64,000 nucleotides of DNA from a virus (taxonomy: Duplodnaviria > Caudoviricetes). Shown one piece after another: positions 17,526 to 29,500 of this stretch. The notes under the pieces were generated by a model. It was not told the DNA's origin. It did no database searches and worked only from the letters and a program-made list of their open reading frames with translations. Location: IMG/VR virus record IMGVR_UViG_3300006092_000342, positions 1-64,000 of that record; one strand, given 5' to 3'. The translations under genes were made by a program, and so were the position numbers. Every line of letters begins with the position of its first letter. The first letter of the stretch is position 1.

Positions 17526-18570
17526 TATTACTAACATTGAATTTGAAGAAGTAGAAAGTTCGGCAACCTCTACTGAAGTATTTGAAGATCAACCTGTAGA
17601 TGAAACATGGTTAGTTCCTCTATCCTTTAAAGCCCCTTCTTTATTTACTAAAGAAGAAGGTTTAATAGCAAAGGCAAAACAAGCTTTTGCAGTTCCAACT
17701 GAAAAATTGGATAAATTGAAAAATTACGTGACTGAAATTGAAATTCTCGGAATTGAGGATAAAGAAAATTTCCAGAAAATTTACAGTGCACGCCAAATTG
17801 CTAAAAAAGAACGTTTAGCTTTTATTGCCGAGATTACTAAATGCAAAAAATTCCCTCAACAATTACTTAAAGTATTAAATGAAATTGCAGCCACTGTAGA
17901 ATTTCGTTATAAAGAAATTGAAAGTATTGCACAACAAAAAGAGGATGTAATTGAAGAAGCAAAAAAAGTTAAAAAACAACAAGAGGAAAAAGCGAAACGC
18001 GAAAAACTACAAAATCGTATTAATTCGCTTTTAGCTGTAGAAGCTGCAATGGATGTATCCTTACTAGAAAATCTGAGTGATGCTGAATTTGAAAAACATC
18101 TTCAAGAAGTTACTGAAGAATATCAAATGGCAGTTATAAAGAAAGAAGAAGAAGAAGCAGCCCTTAAAGCTCAAGTAGAAGAATTACAGCAACGTGCTGC
18201 AGCTTTAAATGCTAAAGAAGAAGAACTTAAGGCAAAAGAAAAAGAGCTCACTCAAAAGGAAAATCAGTTAGAAATAAAAGAAACTCATCTTGACAGAAAA
18301 GAGGATAAAATTGAGCAAAACCAACATTTCACAGCATCTCTAGGTCTTTCTTCCTCTGGAACAAGTTCTTCTCCAGATGTTATAAGAACATTAAAGAATG
18401 AAGTAGGGATTTTAAATGAAGCTTTGCAACATATTTATAAAGCAGAAACAGCTTTAAATTCTATAAAATCTGTTCCGGGTAAGACTATTGTAGGAGTAAT
18501 AATTCCTACATTAACTAAGATATCCGCATATCTTTTATCTAAAATTAAATATATTAATTCCAGCCAATGA
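17518..18570 (+). CDS. Long coiled-coil protein
   Basis: E/K/Q-rich heptads over more than 200 aa. Confidence 0.75.
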   Translation: MSNITNIEFEEVESSATSTEVFEDQPVDETWLVPLSFKAPSLFTKEEGLIAKAKQAFAVPTEKLDKLKNYVTEIEILGIEDKENFQKIYSARQIAKKERLAFIAEITKCKKFPQQLLKVLNEIAATVEFRYKEIESIAQQKEDVIEEAKKVKKQQEEKAKREKLQNRINSLLAVEAAMDVSLLENLSDAEFEKHLQEVTEEYQMAVIKKEEEEAALKAQVEELQQRAAALNAKEEELKAKEKELTQKENQLEIKETHLDRKEDKIEQNQHFTASLGLSSSGTSSSPDVIRTLKNEVGILNEALQHIYKAETALNSIKSVPGKTIVGVIIPTLTKISAYLLSKIKYINSSQ

Positions 18571-19277
18571 AACCAAAACAAATAGAAGATGCTTTTGCTA
18601 CCTGGGCAGATGTACTTCGAGGATTTGCAGAAACTCCTGCTATGGATAATATTTTACAAAAAGCTGTTATCGATCCTCGAAAAGAAAATAAGAAAGTGTG
18701 GCCTACTACCGAAAATATCTTTCGTTGTTTTAAATTAACTCCTTATAAGGATCTTGTCGCAGTTTGGATTGGACAGGATCCTTATCCAGGAACTCCCGAA
18801 AAATGTGTGGCAACCGGTATTGCTATGGGTATTGCTAAAGATAATCCTACCTTACCCCCAACTTTAAAAGTAATTGCTAAAGAATTACAGGATACCTGGC
18901 CAAATATAGATATTGACTATACTTTTGAATCTTGGGCAAGACAAGGGATTTTAATGCTCAACACTACTTTAACAGTAGAGGCCGGAAATATTGGAAGCCA
19001 TCTTCACTTATGGAAAGGTTTTACTACGTATTTACTTCAAACTCTTAGTGAAAGAAATACAGGTATTATTTATATCTGTTTAGGGAAAAATGCACAAGAA
19101 TATTTGAAGTACATTAATCAGGATTCCAATTACATAATTCGAGCAGCTCACCCGGCAGCTGAAGCTTACAGTGGAGGAAATGCCGGATTCTATGGTAGTA
19201 ATATTTTTGGAAAAATTAATGACATCATGATTAAAATGTATGGAAAACCTATCAATTTTGGACAACTTAATACTTAG
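18567..19277 (+). CDS. ung: Uracil-DNA glycosylase (family 1)
   Basis: GQDPYP, PPTL, WARQGILMLNTTLTV, H...W, HPAA. Confidence 0.92.
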   Translation: MKPKQIEDAFATWADVLRGFAETPAMDNILQKAVIDPRKENKKVWPTTENIFRCFKLTPYKDLVAVWIGQDPYPGTPEKCVATGIAMGIAKDNPTLPPTLKVIAKELQDTWPNIDIDYTFESWARQGILMLNTTLTVEAGNIGSHLHLWKGFTTYLLQTLSERNTGIIYICLGKNAQEYLKYINQDSNYIIRAAHPAAEAYSGGNAGFYGSNIFGKINDIMIKMYGKPINFGQLNT

Positions 19278-19494
19278 AATGGATTTATTCTATCTTTCTA
19301 TGTTCTGTATTTTATTGTGGGGTTTAGGCGCGCGACTGTTTTATCATTGTATTCTTAAAGAGGCTCTCGATTCTAGAAAAATTCCTGAGACTCGTCTTAC
19401 AAAAATATGGGATTTAATCGTAAGATTCTTTATTATCATTTTTTGGTTTTTAATTCTAATTTATGTCGATATTACAGAAAATACTAAAATTTAA
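19240..19494 (+). CDS. Small two-TM membrane protein
   Basis: Two hydrophobic segments; start may be ATG 19279. Confidence 0.55.
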   Translation: MENLSILDNLILRMDLFYLSMFCILLWGLGARLFYHCILKEALDSRKIPETRLTKIWDLIVRFFIIIFWFLILIYVDITENTKI

Positions 19495-20044
19495 CCAATC
19501 TACCATTAGATTAATTCCAGAACTCTGTAAAGAATTCGACATAGATTTTAAAGCTGTAAATATGGTTTATCATCCCTGGACTCAACTATTTGATGCAGGA
19601 TTAATCCAGATTTATGCATATAATGCCTACAGAGATCCCTTTATTTATTTTACAGTGAAAAGTAATGTAGTTATAAAAACAGGATTAGATCCGGAAAAAT
19701 TGCTATCAAAACATTTTGATAAACTCGAAACAGATCCTTTATATACACTCTATCGAACACGTACTAAATATAAAATCAATTGGTTTGATATTCCGGATCC
19801 TGCTGTTTTAAATGCTTTAAGCTATGGAGGAGAACATATCTGGACTGAAGTTGCCAATCCTTTAGGCTTGTACTATACAGTCAATAACATGAGTTTTGGT
19901 TTATTGTATAATACAAAACAAACTAAGCAATTATTTGCAAATGAGTTTAAGTGCGGTCTTGCTCATGTTCCAGATAAATTACTCCCCCAACCTGATTTAG
20001 AAAAAGAAACTTTTAGAAAAGAAAAAACATTATTGTATGCCTGA
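19463..20044 (+). CDS. Hypothetical protein
   Basis: 193-aa ORF overlapping both neighbours. Confidence 0.7.
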   Translation: MSILQKILKFNQSTIRLIPELCKEFDIDFKAVNMVYHPWTQLFDAGLIQIYAYNAYRDPFIYFTVKSNVVIKTGLDPEKLLSKHFDKLETDPLYTLYRTRTKYKINWFDIPDPAVLNALSYGGEHIWTEVANPLGLYYTVNNMSFGLLYNTKQTKQLFANEFKCGLAHVPDKLLPQPDLEKETFRKEKTLLYA

Positions 20045-20786
20045 ACTTAATCATCAAGATCTCAGTTTTTGTGTAATGAGACTTCCTTATAATTTAAGAG
20101 AAGCTTTAAAACAGAAATACTTTGAAAAAAAAATCATAATTGCCGGAGGGTTTATCCGTTGTGTTATCTCTCAAGAAAAAATCAATGATATTGATTTATT
20201 TACCGAGAATGAAAATATGGCTAAAAAATTTAGTGGATTGTTTCCAGAATCAAAGCATTCTACTCTAAATGCTATTACTATAAAGACAAAACCTACAATT
20301 CAAATTATCACTAAATGGCTATTTACTAATCCTATAGATGTAGTTAATAGTTTTGATTTTACTATTTGTCAAGCATGTATCTACTATGAAAACGGTCAAT
20401 GGAAAAGTTATTGTAGTGAAAAATTTTATCAAGACTTAGCTGCAAAAAGATTAGTATATACCTCTCCCAATAATAGAATAGAAGAAGCAGGAGGATCTAT
20501 GCTACGAGTTTTAAAATACTATCAAAGAGGTTTTAGAATTCCCTTAGATAGTTTAGGCAAAGTAATAGCCCGTTTAATGGCTTCAGTAGATAGAAAACAA
20601 TTATCTGAAGATGAAGAAGCTAGAGTTATAACAGGTTTATTAAGAGTTGTAGATCCTGCTATAGACCCTACGCATGAAAGTCATTTACCTATTATCGATA
20701 ATATAGATCTATCAGAACAAATGGAAGATGTAGAAGAAGCAAAAACAACTAAACTAATTCCCATAGATGGGCCTATAATTACTTAG
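20037..20786 (+). CDS. Nucleotidyltransferase (poly(A) polymerase/CCA head-like, Pol-beta superfamily)
   Basis: IAGGFIR...NDIDLF, FDFTICQ, RVLKYYQRGF. Confidence 0.8.
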   Translation: MPELNHQDLSFCVMRLPYNLREALKQKYFEKKIIIAGGFIRCVISQEKINDIDLFTENENMAKKFSGLFPESKHSTLNAITIKTKPTIQIITKWLFTNPIDVVNSFDFTICQACIYYENGQWKSYCSEKFYQDLAAKRLVYTSPNNRIEEAGGSMLRVLKYYQRGFRIPLDSLGKVIARLMASVDRKQLSEDEEARVITGLLRVVDPAIDPTHESHLPIIDNIDLSEQMEDVEEAKTTKLIPIDGPIIT

Positions 20787-23700
20787 GTTTATTAACTAGA
20801 ATTTTTGGCGTAATTCTTTCTGGAAATTCTACTTTAAAACGCTCATCATCTATCCCATACTCCCACATTTGATTTACAGGGTTTACAATTAAAGTTCGAG
20901 CTAATTCAGGCATATTTAATCCTGGAACTAAAGGAAGGAATTGTTTATTTATCTGATCTGTTACTAATCGATCTCTACTAATGACTGCTTTGGAATTAAA
21001 AAACTCAAAAGCATTTCTTACGAATGGATCTACTTTTATTAAAGCCTTTTGTTGGGAAGTCATTCCTTGATAAGGACCTGAATTAATAACATCTGGTTGA
21101 TCTTCTTCCCAAAATGTGAGTAATTGCTCTAGAGGAAAGCCCATAATAGTTATTATTCGAAGCATATTATCCCCAAAAGTTCCCCAGCTGTTAATAGGTT
21201 TATCTAAATTACTCATTAACTGAGTCCAACTAAAAGAACCTCCAATCTCGGATATAGCTCTTTTTGTATGGTAGCTAGCTTGCGCGGCTGCCCAACATGG
21301 CCAGGATTCGTAATTATTATTTTCACAATTTTTTATAGCCAAATGTGTAAAAAATGAAGCCATTTGTTCCCCAATTACTACTGTAGCTGTAGCAGTTAAT
21401 AATCGACCAAATGCATCGCGCATATCATAATTACGAATTCTTTGGCTTTTAAAATTCTCCCGGGTTTTTTGATCCCAGATCGATTTCATAGCCAACTGAA
21501 AGTATTTTAGATAAGACAATTCTTCAGTATTCAAAGCCATATTATTCCGGTTTTGCAATAACTGTTGACCCCAACGAACCAGGTACCCTTTTAAACTAAA
21601 TAGGAATTTACCTCCTAAACCCCTCATAGCTTTAGGTTGATCTGTAGTTTTCATATCGAGCTCTGCTAATCCCTCAGTTAAATATTGGTGCACAGCAGCT
21701 CTCATATTTATTGAAAATTTGTCTTCATGGCCAGCTTTAGGTTGAATTTTATCATTGACGATCTCTAGCATATCCCACGCAGATTCTCCTTCAGTTCTAA
21801 AAGATTCCCGGGTCTGGTCGAGGGTAACCCCTATATCGGTTGTAGCTTTCCACCGATGGTAAACATCCGGAGTCATGAACATATTTGCCTCTGGAATCCA
21901 TTTATAGCTTTGTAGTGCTGCTTTTGTGAACATCCTTGCCGGACGATGGTTTCCCATTTTCATAAGCCCATATCCATGAATATCGCTCATAAAATGAGTA
22001 AACCACGTTTGGTAATCCCGGGCCTCCCGAGTCCGATCGATAATACCAAAATATTCCTGGACCAAAGAAGTCTTAGTAAAGTTCCGATTCTGGAAATACT
22101 CTAAGACGCCATTAAGCCGATCTTCTCCGTACAGCTTACCATAATAAGCTAAAGCCTCTAATACTCTCGGTTTAGATTCGCCAGGTACCTGCAAAAACCG
22201 GCCACTATAAGCCATGTTTAAAAAACCGACTGTAGACTGACTTTTCGCGCCACTCGCACTGTATATGTTACTCCATAAAGTCAATGCTGTAGTAATTCCA
22301 GGAAGCTTTGAAAGTAAAAAGAAGATTCTTAACCGTTTTGGGTTATTCTTAACCCAATCCGGGAAGCTGGTATGTTCTTCATACAGATCACGTTCCAACC
22401 AATCATCTATGAGATTTGCCCAATACTTGCTGACATCACTAGAATGATTTTCAATTTCTTTGGTATAATTGATCAAACTTTCTGGAGAAAGTTCCTGTTG
22501 ATAAACTGTTGACTGTTTTTTATCAACCACCGAAACTTGCCGAAGCTTTAATAAAGCTCGCATAACCTCCCATTCTTGCAGACCTTTATGTTTTCTATCA
22601 AAATTATCTAAAGATTGCCAGTAAGTAGAAATAAGCTCAAAGTAGTTATCCATTAATCTTCCAGCAGAATCATAGGGATTAACCCCACGCATAGGTATTT
22701 CTGGATTTTTTTTATCCAATACAAATTTATCTTCGTCATTTATTTCGTAAAAACTACGAATATTATCCTTAATTCTTTTCCAAGCTTCTCCAAATTCTAA
22801 GTTTTTCAAGCGACTCCATACATCTGTCCCATGTCCTTCAAAAGCTCCCGATTGGTATAGACGTAATCGATTATAATTAGTTAAATTTTGTCTTTGAATT
22901 TTTCTATAAATTTCTGACTGCATTTGAAACATGTAATCATAAATTTCTTTGAATTCAGGAACACTATATAATTTTTTAAATAAATCATTTTGAAAATTTA
23001 CTGCCGGAAGTTCTAATTCAAAGGGAACATAATCCTCTCCTATCTTATAACTTAAACTATATGTCATGTCATTAGGACGATATGCCGGTACCGCCAATTC
23101 TCCAAGATAAATAGTATCATAAGTAGGAATATTATTTTGTATTCTATAATAATATTCCTCTTTAGTTAAGAAAGGTCTTACTATTTTTTCACTAGCTTTT
23201 AGCCATTTTGAAAATTCAGATGGCGATAAAGTTTGTCTTTTTTCTTTAATGATTTCATTACGTTCTGTTTCAGGTTTTGCTTGATTAAAAGTCATATCAT
23301 ACCCAACTTTTAAAGCATTATAAAGCCTCCTTACTTCTAATAAAATAGGATCTTCAGTAAGTTCCCAAGCTTTTTCAGACTTAAATAATTTATTCCTTTC
23401 CTGTTGATCATGTAAGAGATCCCCAACAGGAATTCGTAATACAGAACCCTTTTTTTCCAAATATTCATTAAGCTGGTTATAAATATTTGTCATGTACTCT
23501 TTTTGTTCCCGAGCCAATTTATCATGGAACCACTCTGATATTAAGTAATGAGTACGCTCTCCCTTTATTGTTTCATGAAATAACTCCTGGAACTTTCCGG
23601 TTTTTGTTAATTTTAGTGCAGCTTTAATTTCAGGATGTTCCAGTAACTTATCAATATTTTTTTCATAAAGTTCAGATAAACCAATTCGCTTATCCATAGC

Positions 23701-26550
23701 CGCTACTTGGGCTTGACTACTTAAACGGGACAAACTAGACACAAGACTCGCGAATATTTTATCGCTATTTTGTTTAGCACCTAATAATTCTTCCCAAGCT
23801 CCCACATCTGTTACAATTTCTTCTTCTAGAGGTTTATAAAACTTTAAGTTTTTACCTGTTTCTGTTTTATCAGTACCATTTACTTGATCTAAGATTCGAT
23901 CAATTTTAAACTCTAATAAGAATTCTTCAATTTCTTGAATTTTAGCTACTGAATCCATTAAAGCTTGTTCTGCAGCTTTTCTTTTATTTTTGGGAAAATA
24001 ATTCATAATTGAATTTCTTAAATCTACATTAGTAGCTCCCAACTCTAAAGCAATATCTTTGAATTGCTGTAATTTCATAAACATTAAATCGTACTGATAT
24101 TTATCAGGACGACCTATTTTCAATAAAACCTTTCTTTGGTTAAACTCTTGTTCTGCTGCTAATAAATTACTGTGTTCTGGACTACCTATAACACTTCCAT
24201 TATATTCATATTTTCTACGAGCTTCTACTAAAACCTCTTCCGCTGCTTTTAAATTCTCTTTTGCTTGATTAATCAAAGGTCTGTTAAATGTATTAATCCG
24301 TTTCAACATAACATTTAATTCATCAAACATAGGAGGAATCATGTATGGTCCGTCTTTAAGCTGAATTTCTTGTCCTAGTAAAAATAAATGAACAGCCTTA
24401 CCTATTTGTTCCCTTTTAATATAACCATTAACTGTTTGTAATTTTAAATTAAGACCTTCCAAACTAGATAACCGATTTAAATACTCTTTGTATTTGCCTT
24501 GCCATAATTCATAGTGACTGGGTTGATCTACTGCGGTTCGAGTAGCTTCTATAATATTAGTTTGCAATCCTCCTTTAATGGCATCATTAATAGCAATAAT
24601 TTGCTTTTTTATTTCTTGATTTACTTGATCTACAGACATACGAGGATATTTCAATTTTGTAGATTGATATACATCCATAATATGACTTGTATAAACATCC
24701 CATAGAGTAAACGACCCTAGATTAACTTTAGACAAGATTGGTTTTAAAGAAGCTACAAATCCATAGGACTTTCCATCAGTAACTTCTAAAATATCAAAGT
24801 TTTTGAGAGCTCTCTCACTTTCTTCTTTAGACATAATTCGAATTTCTTCCCAAACCGAATTAGGTACTAATTTACTTACAACTTCCTTATCATTTTTAAG
24901 ACTTGCTATAAAATTAAAATAATTTTCAATAAATTCAGGAAGATATAACGTAGCTATTTCATTTTCTAAACCCTCTTTTTGTAATCGTAAGACTTCCGGA
25001 ATCTCATCTAAAAATTGAACAATATCTTCCCTGATATTTTTACTGATAACTTCTATAAAATTCAGATCTTGTGTAATTTCAAAATCACCTTTCAAAGACA
25101 TGTGATTAATATCTTGTGCGTATTTTTGAATAGCATCAGTATATTTTTTTAATCCTTCTTCTTCTTTGCGTATTGTACTTAAAGTATCTAAAAACTTACG
25201 ATTTAAAACAGCTTTCCATAATTTATCCAGATCTTCTACATTTTCGAATAATTTAGCTTTTAGATTCTTAAACCATCGAACTAAAGATTCTAACCAATTT
25301 TGAATAACTCCAGCGGCTCCTTTGCTTTTTATGTTAATGATATAATTTTCTTTCCTTAATTCTGCTTCTAAAGCTCCCCCAACTAATTGCCCTGCAATTT
25401 CGATACGAGATAATTTGTTTGCAAGAGCCTGGATTTCTTCAATACTATAATTTAAAAGTTTAATATTACTTTCTTTTTGAAGCTCTGCATTTAAAAAATC
25501 AAAACGAGCTTGATTTATATCAGGATCTAAACGTTCTTCTCTAAATTCCTGTAATTTTTCTATCTCAGCATTGACTCGATTAATATACTTATTATAAATT
25601 TGGTTAAACCGGCCTTTATATTCAGGAGTAAGAGCTAAATAATCTATCCCTTGGGAAGGTTGCTCCCAAAGCTTAAAATTTAAACCTTCAATATTTATAT
25701 TATATTTTTGTAACCAATAAACAAAAATATGACCAGCTTCTTCAAATACATCTTCCGTAGTATAACCGTTAGGACGTAAATGTATTTTTCCTGTATAAGT
25801 ACCATCCGCCATTACTTTTGCAAAAGCCCAAACTTTATTTTTGTACTGCAGATCTAACTGTCCCGAATTAATTAATTCGTCTAATTCTTGATCGATTATT
25901 GCTGGGGATCTTTCTACTTTAATGTCATAAAGCTCTAATAATTTTACCAAAATATTTTCTAAGTCTTCATTTATTTCTCCCCGATTTTCATCTCTATCGC
26001 TAAAAAATGTACTAAAACTTTCAAAAATTTCTCCATCAGTTAGTAGTTGTTGATTTGCTTTTTTAACTAAGGATTCTAAACTTTCTTGAGGTTTTAATAA
26101 GACTCTAGGATTGATAACTTCGATATCTACTAAACTTTGTCCTTCATATACATGAATATCAGACACATCAATATAATTTTCAGGCATGAAAGTTTTTAAC
26201 TGACTTGTTACGCTTTCAATATCTTCAGGAGCAACTTTTAAATTAATTTTATCATGATTTTCATCTATTAAAAAGTTGAGATCTTCTTTATGATAGTCCG
26301 GAAGTTCAGAAAACTTAACAGCTCTTTTGAAACTAGAAATTCCTTTTTTAGAATTTAAAGGATAATTTAATTCTAGAGTAGGATTAGCTTTTTTTAAATA
26401 TTTATCTAATTCTTCTTTACTTGGAAAATCATCAGTATCCATTTCTTCTTGCCAAGTACTAACATCTGCAGCAAGTTCTAAAATAGAGTTATTTGTTTGA
26501 CTTAATAACTCTTGAAATTCCGGATGTTTTAAATTAATACATTTCTTCAT
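20779..26550 (-). CDS. Giant virion ejection/cargo protein with an EExxH zincin-like domain
   Basis: ATG 26550 (ATGA overlap) gives MKKCINLKHPEF; VFEEAGHIFV...EIAGQL; helical; hydrophobic segments near the C-terminus. Confidence 0.8.
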   Translation of the reverse strand: MKKCINLKHPEFQELLSQTNNSILELAADVSTWQEEMDTDDFPSKEELDKYLKKANPTLELNYPLNSKKGISSFKRAVKFSELPDYHKEDLNFLIDENHDKINLKVAPEDIESVTSQLKTFMPENYIDVSDIHVYEGQSLVDIEVINPRVLLKPQESLESLVKKANQQLLTDGEIFESFSTFFSDRDENRGEINEDLENILVKLLELYDIKVERSPAIIDQELDELINSGQLDLQYKNKVWAFAKVMADGTYTGKIHLRPNGYTTEDVFEEAGHIFVYWLQKYNINIEGLNFKLWEQPSQGIDYLALTPEYKGRFNQIYNKYINRVNAEIEKLQEFREERLDPDINQARFDFLNAELQKESNIKLLNYSIEEIQALANKLSRIEIAGQLVGGALEAELRKENYIINIKSKGAAGVIQNWLESLVRWFKNLKAKLFENVEDLDKLWKAVLNRKFLDTLSTIRKEEEGLKKYTDAIQKYAQDINHMSLKGDFEITQDLNFIEVISKNIREDIVQFLDEIPEVLRLQKEGLENEIATLYLPEFIENYFNFIASLKNDKEVVSKLVPNSVWEEIRIMSKEESERALKNFDILEVTDGKSYGFVASLKPILSKVNLGSFTLWDVYTSHIMDVYQSTKLKYPRMSVDQVNQEIKKQIIAINDAIKGGLQTNIIEATRTAVDQPSHYELWQGKYKEYLNRLSSLEGLNLKLQTVNGYIKREQIGKAVHLFLLGQEIQLKDGPYMIPPMFDELNVMLKRINTFNRPLINQAKENLKAAEEVLVEARRKYEYNGSVIGSPEHSNLLAAEQEFNQRKVLLKIGRPDKYQYDLMFMKLQQFKDIALELGATNVDLRNSIMNYFPKNKRKAAEQALMDSVAKIQEIEEFLLEFKIDRILDQVNGTDKTETGKNLKFYKPLEEEIVTDVGAWEELLGAKQNSDKIFASLVSSLSRLSSQAQVAAMDKRIGLSELYEKNIDKLLEHPEIKAALKLTKTGKFQELFHETIKGERTHYLISEWFHDKLAREQKEYMTNIYNQLNEYLEKKGSVLRIPVGDLLHDQQERNKLFKSEKAWELTEDPILLEVRRLYNALKVGYDMTFNQAKPETERNEIIKEKRQTLSPSEFSKWLKASEKIVRPFLTKEEYYYRIQNNIPTYDTIYLGELAVPAYRPNDMTYSLSYKIGEDYVPFELELPAVNFQNDLFKKLYSVPEFKEIYDYMFQMQSEIYRKIQRQNLTNYNRLRLYQSGAFEGHGTDVWSRLKNLEFGEAWKRIKDNIRSFYEINDEDKFVLDKKNPEIPMRGVNPYDSAGRLMDNYFELISTYWQSLDNFDRKHKGLQEWEVMRALLKLRQVSVVDKKQSTVYQQELSPESLINYTKEIENHSSDVSKYWANLIDDWLERDLYEEHTSFPDWVKNNPKRLRIFFLLSKLPGITTALTLWSNIYSASGAKSQSTVGFLNMAYSGRFLQVPGESKPRVLEALAYYGKLYGEDRLNGVLEYFQNRNFTKTSLVQEYFGIIDRTREARDYQTWFTHFMSDIHGYGLMKMGNHRPARMFTKAALQSYKWIPEANMFMTPDVYHRWKATTDIGVTLDQTRESFRTEGESAWDMLEIVNDKIQPKAGHEDKFSINMRAAVHQYLTEGLAELDMKTTDQPKAMRGLGGKFLFSLKGYLVRWGQQLLQNRNNMALNTEELSYLKYFQLAMKSIWDQKTRENFKSQRIRNYDMRDAFGRLLTATATVVIGEQMASFFTHLAIKNCENNNYESWPCWAAAQASYHTKRAISEIGGSFSWTQLMSNLDKPINSWGTFGDNMLRIITIMGFPLEQLLTFWEEDQPDVINSGPYQGMTSQQKALIKVDPFVRNAFEFFNSKAVISRDRLVTDQINKQFLPLVPGLNMPELARTLIVNPVNQMWEYGIDDERFKVEFPERITPKILVNKPK

Positions 26551-29500
26551 TGCATACATTTTTTATAATATTCCAATGCCTTAGCTTTACGATCTTGAGG
26601 TAAATTATTTAATTGTTCTAAAGTATAAGCAGGAGTTCCTATTTTTGCTAGAGATGTATTAATAACATCTAATTGTTCTTGGGTGAAATTAATAGAATCA
26701 TTTTCTAAAGAAGGATCTTCCTTTTTATGAAACTTAACTTGATACTCTCCCGGCTTTGTTTCTTTTAACAAATATTCAGCAGCCCATCCTTCGGTTTTAC
26801 TCCATTGAGTTAAAAATTCAGGATTTTCACGATCTGCTTTGGTAATCTTGTGTACACTATCTACAACTACTTGTACTTTTTCTTTTTGTTTATTGGTAAA
26901 TACTATTGTTTTTCCTACTAAATCTTCTACAGATTTTAAATTTCCTTTAACTACATTATGCCAATAACCCCGTGTAGTAGAGGTACGATCTCCTTTCACA
27001 ATAGCTGCAAAAGTAGTAGTATCTTCCCCATAAATATTGTTTTCAGCTTTCATTTCATAATCCATAGGCTCTTCTAATAAATTGGAAGAAGTTAACGGAA
27101 GTACTTTTTTATTTGTACTCACTGTAGATGAATTTTCTGGTATTAAATGAGTAGTACTTTCATTAGGTTGTACTATTACAGATACATTCCCCGGAGTAAA
27201 GTCATCAAAACCCTCCGATCCTTTTGTATTAATACGAACATAATTGCCAGAATCCGTATGCTTATAAACTTGAATAACTTCTTTCAATTTTAGACTTAAC
27301 ATTTTTGGAAATTTCCCTGCTACTCCTACAGAATTTGCATCTATTTGAAAACCTAATGTTAAGTTTAAATTCTTTAAATTATTATCTGTATAATATTTTT
27401 TAATTTTCCCATAAGAAATTGTAGGTAAAAATTCTTCAGGATTATTTAAAACCGCTAATTCTAAAAATCCGTTAACTCCAAAAGTATTTAAATCCTGGTC
27501 AAATTTATTTTCATAATTTTCCCATACACTTGCTGGAATAAGTGGGCCCCAATTATTGTTAGCTCGACTCCATCCTTTATAGATACTAAAATCTCGAAGA
27601 TCTTCCGCAAATTGTCTTAAAATCGGATCTGAACTTTTAATCATCTTCATAAACCCTCCTTCAAAATTTTCTATAAAAGAAGAGTCTTGAAATATTCCAG
27701 AAATTAATTGTAAATCACGCGTTTCCTTAACAAAACCTTCTTCTTTATAATAAATTGGATTTTTACTATATCCTAGATAACTAAGAATAGATAATATTTG
27801 GTTGTAATCCCCTCTTAATTTAATATTGTCTTCTGCATTAAATAAATTTTGAACATAATTTCTAACAAAACCTAGACTTCCTGGGAAGTAATAAATCCCA
27901 TCTTCTTTTGCGATACCTCGTTTACCTAAATGAAGCAAAGATCCTAAAGGCTTAACTTGTTTAGATTTGACTGCCCGCCTCATGTATTCGTTTAAACTAA
28001 GCCAAGCTGAATTAGATAAGGTATGTAAATATTCTCGATCTAATACAGTAATAGCTTCTATAAACTTAGGATGAAAATAAGTAGTTATAGCATTAAACGT
28101 TTTAATTTTTAGTAAAAAGGCTTTTGCAGCTTGATCAATAACAGGTATTCCGGTTAAATTTTTGAGACTGAATTCATTATTTGTATGTTGAATTACTGGC
28201 ATTAAATTCTCAATGTTTATAAATTTAGAAGATAATTCTTTTAATTCAATTAACATATCCCGGATTAATTCTGGACGAGGTTCTTGTGCTTTTGTTAATC
28301 TTTGAAAATTAATAGTTAAACTACTAAAATCGACACTTCTATCTTTTAATAGTAAGAATTTTGCAAATACTTGTTCACTATTAGCAGTCTTTGAATTTAG
28401 ACTTTCTAAACTAATTTCACTTAATAGATTTGCCTCATCATATAAAAAAGCTTCTAGGTTATCTTTTTTGGATATCCCTAATAATACTCTTTTCAATTCA
28501 TTCAATTTTGAAAAATATTCCCAACCTTGATATTTAACAGCAAGGGTATCTTTCATAGCAATGTAGTCCTGAATAACAGGATACTGTAAAAACTTAATAC
28601 TGTATTCTTCCGTACTACGCATCATTGTCATTACATCTAAAACAGCACTGAGTTCTTTATTTAATTTTAATTTACTTAAAGTTGCATTTTTAGGCATATT
28701 GACTGCAGCACTCACTCCTTGAGCTAATAAGTGTAATTTAGCAATTGGACCCTCTTTTGTATCTGTTATCCAATTAGTAAGCGAATTACCATAATTTTTA
28801 TCCAGAACTGGGTATGGTTTAACAAAAGATAAGGGCTTATTTTGAAAATGACCTTTAATAAAAGTAGATACGGTTAACACAACAGCTTTTGGTCCAATAG
28901 CATTCGAAGCTAAATCATTTAATTTTTGATACTCTAAATTATATTCTAAAGTTCCTGGTCTGTAATTTGGTAATTTTTCGTTTTCAGCTAACAAATCTAA
29001 TCGATTGTACTCTCCTGGAATACGTTGCTCATTACCTTTTTTTCGCAAAACTTGATCATAAATACGAGCATAAAGGCTCTGTCGTTGAGCCTTGCTTTCT
29101 AGTCCTGGAGATACTAATTGTAATTGATCTCCTCTATAATTTATTTGAGAAATTAAAGTAAAAAGAGCATCAGCATCAAAGTCGAAACCTGTCTGAGTAG
29201 TCATTTCCTTAGAAAGTTCTATTCCATTTCCAGAATGGTTTGGACTGAAATCTTTAATTTTTAATCGAATATAACTATATGCAAATTCTGTAGGTATTCG
29301 ATAACTGACAAAGAGAAAACCGATCTGATTAAGTTCTTGAATAATTTCTTCATCACTTTCAAACCAAACGCGCGCATCGTTTAAATTTTTCCCAGAAGTT
29401 TCTAACTTACGTCTTTGATATTCAATTAATTCAGGCCATTTTGCAATACGACATTCCACTTCTAATCCTCTATTTTCAGGAGTTCCTATCAATTTTGTTT

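Noticed and set aside
19240-19494. Holin call for the two-TM protein
   Set aside because: It lies in the replication operon far from the lysin; topology alone is insufficient
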